A stretch of DNA of 64,000 bases from assembly GCF_018350175.1 (NCBI RefSeq), contig NC_058368.1:233556001-233620000 (forward strand), written 5' to 3'. Source of the stretch: Felis catus. Lineage: Eukaryota. The translations under genes were made by a program, and so were the position numbers. Below, in pieces: positions 50,886 to 63,733 of this stretch. The notes under the pieces are model-generated. The model had not been told where the DNA came from and searched no databases. It saw only the letters and a list, made by a program, of their open reading frames with translations. Position 1 is the stretch's first letter. Each line of letters opens with the position of its first letter.

Positions 50886-51664
50886 ATCGCCCATTCGTGT
50901 TAACATAGTTATTGACGTGGCTGGATTAGATCTGCTACTTCACTAGATGTTTTACATCCGTTTCATCTGTTTTTATGTTCCTCTTGGCCTCCTTTCCCTT
51001 TTGCTCTGGGTCAACTGTTTTTGGTCTTTTGTTCTTTTGATTCTGTTTAGACGCATCCATTGGCTTCTCAGCTCCGTCCGTGTGCATCACCACTTGAGTG
51101 ACTGCTAGAGATGACAAGACGCGTCCCTACCTTTTCCACCTGATAGCCCCTAAGAACCAAATGCCCCACAGGGAACAGCAGGGCCACCTCTGCTTCGTCC
51201 CTTGTCCTCCGCTGTGTCCTAGGATTTGTCCTGTCGTTGTATTGTTCAGGGGTCTGCCTGAGGTCTGTGGGGTTCACATCCGGTACTGGGGCTCCCCCCC
51301 TGTGGCCTGTCTCCTCCTGTTCCAGCAGCTGTACTGTGGCCACACTGTGGAGTGGCTGAAGTCTCTTACTGGTGGCCCAGTCCAGGAAGACTGCAGACTT
51401 CTTTCTGGATTCATCCCTCCCTCCTGGGGCTGACTGAGGCTTTCCCCCAGGGCCCCAAATCCAGAAGAGCAGAAAATTCCTCCAGGAGCTGTTCTTTTCA
51501 TCCAAGTGCTGACTCCTATCTGGTTCTGCTTCTTTTCAGCCTTTCTCCGACGCTTTCGGGTAGTTTTGATTTATATTTTATCCAGATTGTGTAGTGTTAT
51601 CTCGGGGGTGATTCGCCTGAGAGGAGCTGCTGTGCCATAAACGAACGTAAAACTCCACAGCCCA

Positions 51665-51750
51665 CTGTAAAGATGAGGAAAACTGAGGCACAGAGGTTAA
51701 CTCACTCTCCTAAGGTTTGCCATTCCAAGGGCGTATCCTTAGAGCCAAAG
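51665..51750 (+). mobile_element. MIR fragment
   Basis: agatgaggaaaactgaggcacagaggttaa (MIR core). Confidence 0.7.
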
Positions 51751-52983
51751 TCAATGACTTTCCCAACTCGAGAGGAAATGTGTCTGTACCAGCTATGAGG
51801 GGTCCTGACTTGCCCGTGTCTCTGTGTCCCCGCACCCCTGCTGGCCCACCAGGGAAGAGCACACGGGGACCCAGACTGACTGGCTGTGTACTGCCTTCCG
51901 CTGGACACTTCCAGGGAGCTCGGCCCTGCAGGAGCACGGACGAGGCAAGGAGATGGGAGGCTGGGAGGGCAGGCCCCGGGGTGGCTCCCTGTTCAAACAC
52001 AAACCCAGACAGGAAGGAGAGCCCTGCACCATGAAGACCAATTATGCCACAGACTCGGGTAAAAGCAACTCTGAACATAACATACCTGCCCACGGTCCCC
52101 AAATACTCCATTACTTTAGAGAAATCACATAAAACAAACAATACGTTCACTGCAAAAGCACCAAACAACAACAAAGCAAAAAAAAAAAAAAAATCGTGCC
52201 GAAGAGAAGAATTTCTCTTTTAAAAAATACCCAGGCAGCAGGTCGGAGCAGGTGAAAGATATTTCGGCGCATGGGAAGGGGGAGGATAAAGAACCAAGTG
52301 TTTATGCTGGGGAGACCTCAATGCTGTATTTATGTAACTTTCTAAATAGCGCCCGGCTCATCCCAGAATTCTCCTGCACGGTGGCCACTGGCCCTCCATC
52401 AGCACACAAGCGAACACTTCAGAGGCTTCGCGCCGCAGAAACTTCTCCGGGTGCTCTCAGATAGGTCAAGGGCCAAGAAACAAAATGCCAACCGGTCCAC
52501 ACCACAGGCATTCTCACTGCCAGCATCTCTGATCGCTGCATACTATGTTGGTATCAACAGTCCAGGGTCGCAGGACGCACAGAGCAAGGTTTTGCAGATA
52601 GCTGGAGGGAACACACGGAGTACAACGGCTTTTCGAGAACACGGAAGGTTCCGCCAAGAGACACACACCTGTGCTGTGCTCCCGCCCACCCCCTGCCCAG
52701 CGGTAACAGCTACTTCTCTCTGGCCCCCTCCCTCTCCAGATCAGCCGGGACTTGAATTCTCTGTTACTCCTGTTACAATAGTCAAAATGTAAGTTTCTTT
52801 ACAAAGCTAGAGAAATACAGGCAGAGCAGAACGGAGGAGTTTTTAAAAGACACTCGTGTCCTTCTCGTGTGCTGAAATAGCTACAGAGCCTAGGGCTCTC
52901 TGGTAGGATCAATAAACAAACAAATAAATTGATTAATTAATGACAGTGATCTGCTTTCTTAGCCCGGAGTTCAGGGGGCACCT

Positions 52984-52985
<2 letters not shown>

Positions 52986-53027
<42 letters not shown>
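52986..53027 (+). repeat. (CA)n microsatellite
   Basis: About 21 perfect units. Confidence 0.97.
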
Positions 53028-53028
<1 letters not shown>

Positions 53029-53695
53029 AGCATTTCCCAAATGTCTTTACACACTTTCCTTTTCTCTGGTCCACTGAAGTCAGATAAAAGATTCTCAAAG
53101 CTTCCCTGTTCCTTCTGTTCTAGGAGCAAATTTTGTCCCTTAAATTTTCCGGATTTTGTTTCAATTAATTTACTAGTAGTAGTTGAAGATCTTAATGCTG
53201 CAGTTATAAGAAAGTAGTCCAGGGGGAAACAGCACTCCCCAAGGGTATTTATAACACCCAGGATGACTTCTCAGAACTTTCTCCGGGTGTCCTTTGAGAC
53301 TGGAGCAGGGCTCAACACTTCCCAGCTGGCTGCTGGCTCCACCCCACAGAGCCACATTCATCACCACCTTGTTTTGTTCCTTGAGTGCAAATCACAAACC
53401 CCCCTTCCTTTTAGAAAACGCCTGTGTGCCAGGCACATGCACATCAAGACCACACAGATGCATGTTACTTGCAAGTCCGATGGAAGGTGAAACTGTGTTG
53501 AAATACTCCAAATACAGGATCAATCCACTTTAACGTCTTCTACAGAACGCAGTAGCTTCCTACATGCTTTAAAGACTGTCTTGCATTCTTTGGGCTTCTG
53601 CCTGATACTAAATTATAACTAAAATGCTCTGTTTGCTTTAATGTAATGCAATCACTCTCACCCAAAGGCGGGCTCTAAGATGTGACCTCTTCACA

Positions 53696-53915
53696 GGGCG
53701 CCTGGGTGGCTCAGTGGGTTAAGTGACTGACTTCAGCTCAGGTCATGATCTTGTGGTTTGCGAGTTCGAGCCCTACATCTGGCTCTGTGCTGAAAGCTCA
53801 GAGCCTAGAGCCTGCTTGGGATTTTGTGTCTCCCTCTGTCTCTGACCCTCCCCCACTCACACGCTGTCTCTGTCTCTCTCAAAAACATAGAAAATAAAAA
53901 TAATAATAAAACAAA
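53696..53915 (+). mobile_element. CanSINE
   Basis: Full element; taagatgtgacct occurs on both flanks. Confidence 0.93.
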
Positions 53916-54185
53916 AGATTTAAGATGTGACCTGCTTAGCCTGGATTTCCCTGGCCACCCTGGAACACGTCAACAGTCCCATTTCGGTGGCTGGCAGAGA
54001 CTGAGTATGTCGGGAATATCAGACAGTCTGTGAAAAACAGAGTAACAGCACCCCATCACGAACTCAGGAGAAAAAAGAATAACTTTCAGCACAAATTCAT
54101 GAGAAAGAAATGAGGTCTCCAGAAATGTGGGAACCTCTTAATTAAGACACACACAGGGATGCTGGGATACTAAAAGTTTGCATTT

Positions 54186-54648
54186 CCTTTTTAATTTTTT
54201 TTAACGTTTATTTATTTCTGAGACAGAGAGAGATAGAGCATGAGCTGGGGGAGGGGCAGAGAGAGAGGGAGACACAGAACCCGAAGCAGGCGCCAGGCTC
54301 TGAGCCATCAGCACAGAGCCCGACACGGGGCTCAAACTCACAGACCACGAGATCGTGACCTGAGCCGAAGTCAGAGGCTTAACTGACTGAGCCACCCAGG
54401 CCCATAATGTTTATTTACTTTTGAGAGACAGAGAGAGAGACAGACAGACAGAGCACGAGTGGGGGAGGGGCAGAGAGAGAGAGGGAGACACAGAACCCGA
54501 AGCAGGCTCCAGGCTCCGAGCTGTCAGCACAGAGCCCAACGCGGGGCTCGAACTCACAGACCAGGAGATCGTGACCTGAGCCGAAGTCGGAGGCTTAACT
54601 GACTGAGCCACCCAGGCACCCCATAATGTTTATTTATTTTTGAGAGAC

Positions 54649-54679
<31 letters not shown>

Positions 54680-54847
54680 GCACGAGTGGGGGAGGGGCAG
54701 AGAGAGAGGGAGACACAGAATCTGAAACAGGCTCCAGGCTCCTAGCTGTCAGCACAGAGCCCGACTCGGGGCTCGAACTCACGGATCGCGAGATCATGAC
54801 CTGAGCTAAAGTCGGTCGCTCAACTGACTGAGCCACCCAGGCGCCCC
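54186..54847 (-). mobile_element. Head-to-tail trimer of CanSINEs (54186-54403, 54404-54622, 54623-54847)
   Basis: Three full SINE bodies flanked by one TSD pair taaaagttt(g/a)cattt at 54171-54185 and 54848-54862. Confidence 0.95.
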
Positions 54848-56635
54848 TAAAAGTTTACATTTTCAGTAAAGATAAATCTATTCAGGTAAACCACGCCTGC
54901 GACACAGACGTTCCTGAAAATCGCCTGCCAACTTCAGAGGGGTTTGCAGTCTACTTGTTAAGCAACATTTGTTTAATATTTGGGGATGTACTTAGAATGA
55001 AGCCCCTGGTTGAGACACCTTTTAACAATGAGGTCGATGGGCGTGCATGGGGATAAAATGGTGCCATCTGTTGTCTACAAACTGTGCGACCTTTAGCAAG
55101 TCACTTAAACTATGCGACCTTTAGCAGGTTGCTTTAACTATCGGATTCTGCGCTTCATATTCTGTTAAACAGGAACACGGCTGTTCGTGCATTTAAAGTA
55201 AAGTAATAAGTTGGATAATATTGCTTTCTGTGGCGTCTGGCAGGTAGCGGGAGCTCAGCGCTGGGAGGTGTTGTTTTTATTTATCCAAGAACCTCCAAAG
55301 TTCGTGACCTGTCTTACAAGAATCACGCAAGGTATCCTGAGCGGATTCCTTCCTTTCTGTGAGCCTGTGTCACCTACACCAGCCGGCACGTCACTGTCTT
55401 GATGCCAAAGGCAAAGCTGGAAAGGCAGGGCAAGAGGGAGAACAGCAGGTCTCTGCCCTGGGTAATTGATGGGCCTGTCTCTGTGCTTTAACCCGCGGGA
55501 GAGCCTCTGGGGTGACGTGGGCATGGTCCCCAGCCACCACCCCTCCCCCAAGAGGCATCCCCTGGGGCTGCAGGCTTGCCCAGTGCCATCCGTGGCGGCC
55601 CCGTGACAGCTCTGTTACCGCCCCCCGCCCCCTGGGAGGACCTTGTACAGCACAGGGAGCCAGAAAGAGAACATGCTCGGTGCCCCCCACTGGGGTCTGA
55701 GAAGGGAAGGCTGAGTCTGTGAGTCTGTGCTCAGACCCGCAGATTGCTAGAGAAAGAAGTCTAAGCCCAGGACGCTGTACCCGGAGGATCAATTTCAACA
55801 GATTTCAGGCTAAACAATACTTCCTTGTTGCTTTAGTAAGTAGAAAAGAATAATTCCACTTGCCAGAAATAGACACACACACACACACACACTCTCTCTC
55901 TCTCTCATAAACAGGTTCACTATTTCTTAATTATTGATAAACAACAATGCTGTTTCAAGGATAATTCATTTTAAAAATATCAATTTTCTTTTCCAATAAA
56001 CTTGATTATTTGTAATATAATAGATTTTTTTTGCATTCGTTTTAAAACAGAATTATTTTGGTAAAAGTGGCCCATGGACATATTTGATTGCAAAAGTACA
56101 GCTGAAATTTAACTTTCTTGACTGATCCATAACTGGATAGAAGTTAGTCCCATTCCAAAAGAGTAAATACAAAGCGAAGGGCTTTATCAAGGGTATGCAT
56201 AGCAACAGAGTATGTATTAGTCTAACTCTGGGAAGACCGAAATTTTAGGAATATTTGAAAAAAAAGATAATCTTTGGTGAAATCAACAAAGTAAAAGCAA
56301 GAAATTACTAAAAACTGGCTCCAAAAGCACTTCATGTTTTAAAAATGCTGCAGCTTTGGAAAATCAAAGCAATCACATCACTACTGTTTCTGGAACGTAT
56401 TTCTTGTGTTTAAATAAATTATACTGAGTTTTTAAAAACATTATAGGTTTATTTTAGAATGTGGGAAAGACAATACAGAAAAAAAAACATTGAAAATCAC
56501 CTATAATCCAAATACTGATAATCCAAAATAATCCATTTCAGTATGTGGATACGTATCCCTCTCATGGTTTGCGTTCATGCGTTAACATTTTTTTTTTACA
56601 AAAATAGAATTGTATTATTCCTACAGTTCTGACAC

Positions 56636-56847
56636 TTTTTCAATGTTTACTTATTTTTGAGAGACAGAGAAGGGCAAAGCATGAGCAGGGGAGGGGCAGA
56701 GAGAGGGAGACACAGAACAAGAAGCAGGCTCCAGGCCCCGAGCTGTCAGCACAGAGCCCGACACAGGGCTCGATCCCATGACCCCGGGAACATGACCTGA
56801 GCCGAAATCAAGAGTCAGGTGCTTAACCAACAGAGCCATCCAGGCAC
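56636..56847 (-). mobile_element. CanSINE
   Basis: Full element. Confidence 0.92.
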
Positions 56848-57081
56848 GACTTCATTGGGATTTCCTTAGAATACATGAGGACAAGCGTCACCGAGAGGTC
56901 AAAGGGCATTGTTGCTATATTGGAACAGACTGCCCTCTAGATACAACACCTACTGAAACGTCACAAGCAGTGGAGGCTTTGAGAAGGTTCTATCAACCTA
57001 AGTTTTACATGTATTTGAAAGCTTTGCCCTATTGGTCGAGGATGCTTTAACTTAACATTGTGAATGATAGTCACGTCTGGG

Positions 57082-57089
57082 GTGCGTGT

Positions 57090-57134
<45 letters not shown>

Positions 57135-57136
57135 CG
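57082..57136 (+). repeat. (GT)n(GC)n microsatellite
   Basis: Directly visible alternating purine-pyrimidine tract. Confidence 0.95.
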
Positions 57137-57635
57137 AACTGCTCTGCATCCATAGCCTGTGGTCCATCCCCACCGCTGGCCTATTACTATTTTTTGAATT
57201 CCTTTAAAAACATTCCTTTATCCATTAAAAAAAAAATCAACTCTGAACCACAGATGCTGCAAATGTTTTCCCAGTTTTTCTACATGATTTACATTATTGC
57301 TTAGGATAACTCTTATGGAAAGAAATGAAAAAGTCATGCAGTGAAATATTCAAGTCTTTTCCTTTGCAGGTCTCTTTTTAGAGCCCTGTATCCATTTCCC
57401 CTACAATATGGGAAAGAGGGGATTATTTGTCGCTCCCGTGAGTGCAAACCTCCTGACACCCTCCTCAGAAGATGCACTACACATTTTCTCGTACCTTATG
57501 TGAACATGAGTTTGCATGTTAATTATATCCCTTCCTTTAATGTCATGTTACTAATTTCATAAGGTGGATTTTCAAAAAAAAAAAAAAAAGTTTCACTCTT
57601 CAAATAATGACCAAAAAGATAAAATCCAATCCGAA

Positions 57636-58029
57636 TGTATCAGTCTGCTCGGGCTGCCGTAATAACTACCACGGAGGGTGGCTTCCGTAACAAATTGAGT
57701 TCCTCTCAGTTCTTGAGGATGGAAGTCTGAGATCAAAATGTTGGTGGAGATGGTTCCTTCTCGACTCTTCCTCCTTAGGCTTGTACATGCCCTCCTTCTT
57801 CTGGTGCCTTCACGTGGTCTTTCCTGCGTGTGTCTGTATCCTAATCTCTTTTTCTAGTAGAAGGGCACCCATCGTGCCAGTCATATTGGATTAAGCCTCA
57901 CACACATGGCCTCATTTAATTATCCCTTTAAAGACCCGACCTCCGAATACAGTCACATACTGAGGCACTGGGGCTTAGGACTTAACCATATGAATCTGGG
58001 GGTGGGAAGGCATAATTCGGCCCACAACA
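57636..58029 (-). mobile_element. MaLR solo LTR (MLT1A/B-like)
   Basis: tgtatcagtctgctcgggctgccgtaa...ggaagtctgagatcaa...aatacagtcacatactgagg...attcggcccacaaca. Confidence 0.85.
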
Positions 58030-58240
58030 CGGATCAGTACAATCCTTAATCCAGGAGAACAAGCTACGTGAAAACTTAAAAACCTACAGCTTGTAACTAC
58101 CTGGGTCAGTTGTTTGTTAAAACAAGCAATCACTATTTCCCCTAGGATTTAAACAAGACCCAGAATCCCACGGTGTAACACTCTAAATCTCTAGGAATCA
58201 ATCTAAAATTTCTCAGTCTATTAAGGTTCAGGAAAATCTT

Positions 58241-58475
58241 GGGGTGCCTGGGTGGTTCAGTCGGTTAAGCATCCGACTTTGGCTCAGGTCACGATCCTGC
58301 AGTTCGTGGGTTCAGTCTCGCACGGGGCTCTGTGCTGACAGCTCGGAGCCTGGAGCCTGCTTCCGATGCTGTGTCTCCCTCTCTCTCTCTGCCCCTCCCC
58401 CACTCAGGTGCGCATGCACAGGCTCTCTCTCAAAAAATGAACGATCATTAAAAACAATTTTAAATAAAAATAAAA
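58241..58475 (+). mobile_element. CanSINE
   Basis: TSD gttcagg(a/g)aaatct. Confidence 0.94.
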
Positions 58476-58705
58476 CGTTCAGGGAAATCTCAACTCACAA
58501 GTAAAAGTAAAACCGACAGATACTAATCATGATTATGTCACAGATGTGAGAATGATCAAAGGCTTTACAAACAGCCCTTACAACCAACCTCGAAGAAGTA
58601 ATAGTAAACACTTCTGAAATAAATGTAATGATAGGAAGTCGTGGGAAATAAATAGATGATATAAGGCAGACTGAAAGGGAGGTTTTATAATTAAGTAAGA
58701 CTCAA

Positions 58706-58801
58706 CTTTTTTTTTTTTTAAATACACCCTACACCCAGTGTGGGGCTCGAACTCAGAATCTCAAGGTCAAGAGTCACATGCTCTACCGACTGAGCCGGCC
58801 G
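58706..58801 (-). mobile_element. Short tRNA-Lys-derived SINE or retropseudogene
   Basis: Minus strand ggctcagtcggtagagcatgtgactcttgacc...gagttcgagccccac followed by poly-A, without the (CT)n segment. Confidence 0.8.
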
Positions 58802-61707
58802 AGTCAGTTTTTAATTTGAAGTTAAACTTTTTAATTTGAAGTTTAAGCTAATAATTAATATGTTTTACTTCAGAATGGCATTTATAATTTCAGGTTAATT
58901 TTATTTTTCTAATTGCTAGTCTAGTTGTACTTTTAAAAAACGTTTTGTCAAAAATACTCCAAGTCCCGCTTTCTTTTTCACTGAAATCACCTCAACTTGC
59001 TGGTTTTCTTGTCTAAAAGAGAGCCATTTAAAATTTTTCCTCTCAAAGGAGTACCACCTCTGGAACTTCTCCCAGGGCTCAGCTCGCCTCTGCCGTTTTC
59101 TGTTCCTGACACGGTGTCATGAGACTGGCACGGGGCCTCCTTTTCCAGGAGAAGTTCCAGGACATCCTTTGTGGAGAGACTTTTCGAGTGAAAGGCTGGC
59201 AGTGACGCGGACCTAAAAAGGTTTTTTATAATGCCCACCTTTACTAATTGCAAGAAATAGATTTTCTTCACATCATGGGCTCCTGAGTGAGCTGAAACCA
59301 ATTTGGCCATAAGTCAAATGGCCACTTCATGCAGCTCCCACAGCACACGTGTTTCCCGGAAAATTTAGAGATCAATTAAAAAAGGAAGGGGGTGGAATCT
59401 GTTCTCATTTGGTTAAAAAAAACCAGGGAGAAGAAAAAAAAAGAGTCATTAGTTTTAATTATAGTGAAGAAAATGCTGAGCAAAATTACTTTCCAAAGCA
59501 ATTACTAAACCTAAGCTTTAGATTCCATAAAAGAAAATGATTCATACAGTATAGTAGATCTTCCAAATTCCAAGTTACTGCTTCTCAGTTTTACAGTAAA
59601 TCCCCAGTGACATATCAGCTAAGAATATTTCTGGTAGAATCAACAATCATTGCATGGACAAGGCAAGTGTTTCTGGGGCCTGTGAGACGAGGACTAAGGG
59701 CTGAATAATGAAAGAACACTCACAACAGTCCAGGACAGATGTCTACTGTCCTCTTAGGTCACAATTTTTAGACATAAAATAAATAACATTAACTGCAGCA
59801 TTCCCCTGAAACCAAGCTGAAACAATACAATATTTGAATTATGACCAATATATTGAAATTTAAAAGGAAGTTTCCAGAAAGCTACATGCTAGAAGAGGCG
59901 GTAAAATTCTATAGCGTGGGACTAAAAATATTTATATATCCCTTTGTGACTTGATTTTCTACTCCCAGTCACAAGATTTCTTTCTCTAATGCCTTGGCTT
60001 CTCCTTAACTTGCAAAGAAAGCTATTTGCTGGTTCTCTGTTTTCTCTTGCTTCGGCATTTCTTGTTTATCTCACCCTCATTTTTGGCTCACCTTCAACTG
60101 TTGCTACTCATGTATGAAACCTAACAAAGCACCGATTCACCTGCTCCTGACACACCGAATTAGGAGGGAGCCTCCACTCCGTCTCGTCTTACAGAAGTCT
60201 AAACTGCCGTGGTTACGTCCAATGTTATCTACAAAGAAATGTTGATGTTAAAGTGTATTCGTTACAACAAAATTACAGAACGTGAAGATATTTTAGCTGG
60301 TCTATTTGAGATTCTTACAATGATATGTAAACGACAGTTCAGTCGTTCCGGTCAAAGAGTCAAGGAACGAGCCGGTTTTGATCCCTGTTTCCCTGTGTTT
60401 TCATTTGGTTCCTGAAAAATGTATGGCCGCCAGACATCCTGGTCACAGCCTCTCACTTGAATCACAAATTTGATCCGGTTTGGAATGGGACCTTTAGGGA
60501 AAAGCTTCTATGAATTGCTCAAGCAGAAAGCAGATGGTTTGTAGCTCCAAGGGAGAAAAAGGTGGGATGACCTTAAGCGAATCACTTAATTCATCTCTTT
60601 TATAAAATCAATAAGACGGTTTTGAACACATCCATGGCTCCTTACACTTGTAAGATTATTAGTGGGTCTACTGATCTTTGCCTATTGAAAATTCTTCATC
60701 TTCCAATGAGCCCTTCTACACTTCCACGAACAGAGCACTGAAACCGCTAAATTAAAAGGAGATTTCTTTCTCAGTAACTTCGCCTGGGTCTTTATAAGTG
60801 TCAGTCTGCTTCTGAGCCCATCTTTCTTTTCTTCCCAAATCTGAGCAGGTTACCATTCCCACTATGGACTCCCCATCTGGGAAAGCAAAGCCACCTTAGA
60901 GCCAGTAGTTCGGGGGAGCAATTAGGCAGGATGTTAGATCAACAGGATAGAAAAAGCCAAGCTTCCAAAACCATCTATTCCAAGCAGCTTAGTGACCGAA
61001 GAAAGGAAGAGTATTCGTGAATCACCAGGGCGGAAGCTGTGGACTGTCTGGGTGACAGACGCTTAGGTACGTCTTCCAGGAATCTTGGGTCGCGTCCTTC
61101 CATTGTTTAAAATTTATCAACTTTGTAGTGCCTGTCTGGCGAAGGCCAAGCAGTTTGTCAGAGACGATACGTGTTTTTAATGCCATGGCCCAGGCCCGTT
61201 ACAAGTATCCTCTGTAAGATCTCCCCAAACCCCCAAGCCAGGTCATGCCACTGCTAGGGGTGTAGACTCCCCAAACGTATCTGCACTCTAAGATCTCTGG
61301 GCTGATGTCTGGGGTCGCCTCGGCCACTCCGTTCTGTGACGCCCTCTTCCCTGGGGCCTTCCCCACCCACCCTAAGCATTAAGGAGCTCTCCCTCCAGGG
61401 CTACCTGGCCTCATCACATCCAACAGGGGTCTTTTGTTCCCATGCCTGCCCCCCCCACCATGTGGCCCCTGAGCGATGCACTTTTCTCTGCGGCTACTAA
61501 GTAGACCCAGCCTCTTCATGCAAAACAGCTTCTATTTCAGTAGCGCATTACAGTCAAAGCTGTATCACAATCACTAGCCTAGCTGACAAACAGCCCGTGA
61601 ATACACACTGCACAATTTCACTGGAAAGGATGGGAAATCTACAGATGTGAAGTGGGTCTCATCCTAGGCCATTACATCATGGCTGAAAAACTAAAGACAA
61701 ATACATT

Positions 61708-61711
<4 letters not shown>

Positions 61712-61748
<37 letters not shown>
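61712..61748 (+). repeat. (CA)n microsatellite
   Basis: Directly visible. Confidence 0.96.
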
Positions 61749-61750
<2 letters not shown>

Positions 61751-62196
61751 CACGCAGCAGGAAAAAACCATTTTCTAGAACAGTTGTAAGTTGAACAGAA
61801 TTAAGTAAAAGTTCACCTACGTCATGAATTTTTCTGGGAAGAGAGTTGGTGAGTGTGCTCTGACATAACTGGAAAACCCAAAAGTCCCCTCTTTCATTTC
61901 CAAGAAGAGAAAAATGTCAGCTTTGGCAATAGCATTAAACACAGGTGGTTCTGGTGAGGAATTCTCCCCCCTTACTAGCTACAACCATAGTCATGAATCA
62001 AAACCACCCATCTTAGACCCTGTCTCCATTCCCAAAGGGAAATCCCCCCTAAAACCTACAGAACCCTCTGGAAGTGAGGCCAGGCAGTCAGATGACATCC
62101 TTTCCATAACCTGAAAGAAAAAAGGAAGCCCGCTCAACAACTTTGCCCCAGCCCTAAGGATAATAGCCCTTTCACTGCTTTAAAAATTACTCTGTA

Positions 62197-62430
62197 GGGG
62201 CGCCTGGGTGGCGCAGTCGGTTAAGCGTCCGACTTCAGCCAGGTCACGATCTCGCGGTCCGTGAGTTCGAGCCCCGCGTTGGGCTCTGGGCTGATGGCTC
62301 AGAGCCTGGAGCCTGTTTCCGATTCTGTGTCTCCCACTCTCTGCCCCTCCCCCGTTCATGCTCTGTCTCTCTCTGTTCCAAAAATAAATAAATGTTGAAA
62401 AAAAAATTAAAAAAAAGAAACCCATAAAAA
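62197..62430 (+). mobile_element. Young CanSINE (SINEC_Fc)
   Basis: Near-consensus with perfect TSD aaaattactctgtag. Confidence 0.96.
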
Positions 62431-62671
62431 AAAATTACTCTGTAGAGTTAAAGGGCTCCGTTGTGATGAAACCACATCGAGGCTGAGAGACTGGCGGGTC
62501 ACAGGTCAGAGCCGGGTTACAAAGGGACACTGCCAGGATGGTCTGGGGACAAATCACTGATGGAAGGACAGCACCGGAGGAACACACACCGAAACAGGAA
62601 AACATCACCAGGACCCGAGCTCCCGTCACCAGCCACAGTAAGGGCCACATGTACGAGAAGTGAAATCGTTT

Positions 62672-62852
62672 TGGGGCGCCTGGGTGGCTCAGTCGATTAA
62701 GCATCCGACTCGATTTTGGCTCAGGTCCTGATCTCACGGTTCACGAGATCGAGTCCCTTGTCAGGCTGTGCACTGACAGCACACAGCCTGCTTATGATTC
62801 TCTGTCTCCCTCTCTCTCTCTCTCTCTGCCCCCAAAATAAATAAATAATTTT
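62672..62852 (+). mobile_element. CanSINE
   Basis: Head, (CT)n and aataaa tail. Confidence 0.92.
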
Positions 62853-63733
62853 TTTTTTAAAAAAAGAAGTGACACAGTTTAAAAAAAACAGATCACAAAA
62901 TCTTAAAAACAATATCCAGAATATTGTTCTCTCTTAAATCAATAGAATCAATTATGATGGGTAAGGTGGATAAAAAGAAAGAAGACAGGTCCTCATTAAA
63001 AACTTACACAACCAGGGTCTCTGAGTCGGGTCCAGATTTTTCTTTATGTCTCTGCCGTCTGACAGACTGAATTATATTTGATAGGTTCTCGCCAAAGTAG
63101 AAACTGGGTACTGGCTAATATAGAAATGAAGCAACTGCATAAACATTAAATACTTCTTTCTGTACAAAGAAGAGTGAATAAGGAATTAGGATGCACCAGA
63201 GAAGATTATGACCAGTGGAGTTTGGATATCCAAATGGCATGAAGAACTAAGCTCATTAACAAAACCACACCTTTAAAAGGCATGAAGTCCCAAATTTACA
63301 CAATACGGAGTATAAAGAAGTAGGCAATCTTTGAAGACAGCATCTTTTGCTTTGGCAATTAAGGGAGCAAAGACACTCTCCCTATCACTTTAGGAAAAAA
63401 ATGTAAGGAAATGCCAAAATCCACTGCAGACAGACTTGTCATGCTTGAAGCAACAGAACCCAGGGAAGAGTTTTGTGAGGCAATCCTACTGGTTCTAAGG
63501 GAGCAATTCAGAGGAACATAAAAGCAACCACTAACTACCCAGAAGTCAACACACTAGCAAAACTTTTAAGAACCAAAGGCTGCAGCAATAAAAAACACAA
63601 CTGTAAACCCTTACCTGCACACCACGGGGATGCCCAGGACAGCACTGTGGCAACAGATGAATGGATACCCGATGGAAAAAACCCTCACAAACATAAATGG
63701 TAAGTCACAGTATTGTCAGTGAGTCTGAAATTA

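Noticed and set aside
58720..58801. Functional tRNA-Lys gene
   Set aside because: Acceptor and anticodon stems are disrupted and a poly-A tail indicates retroposition.
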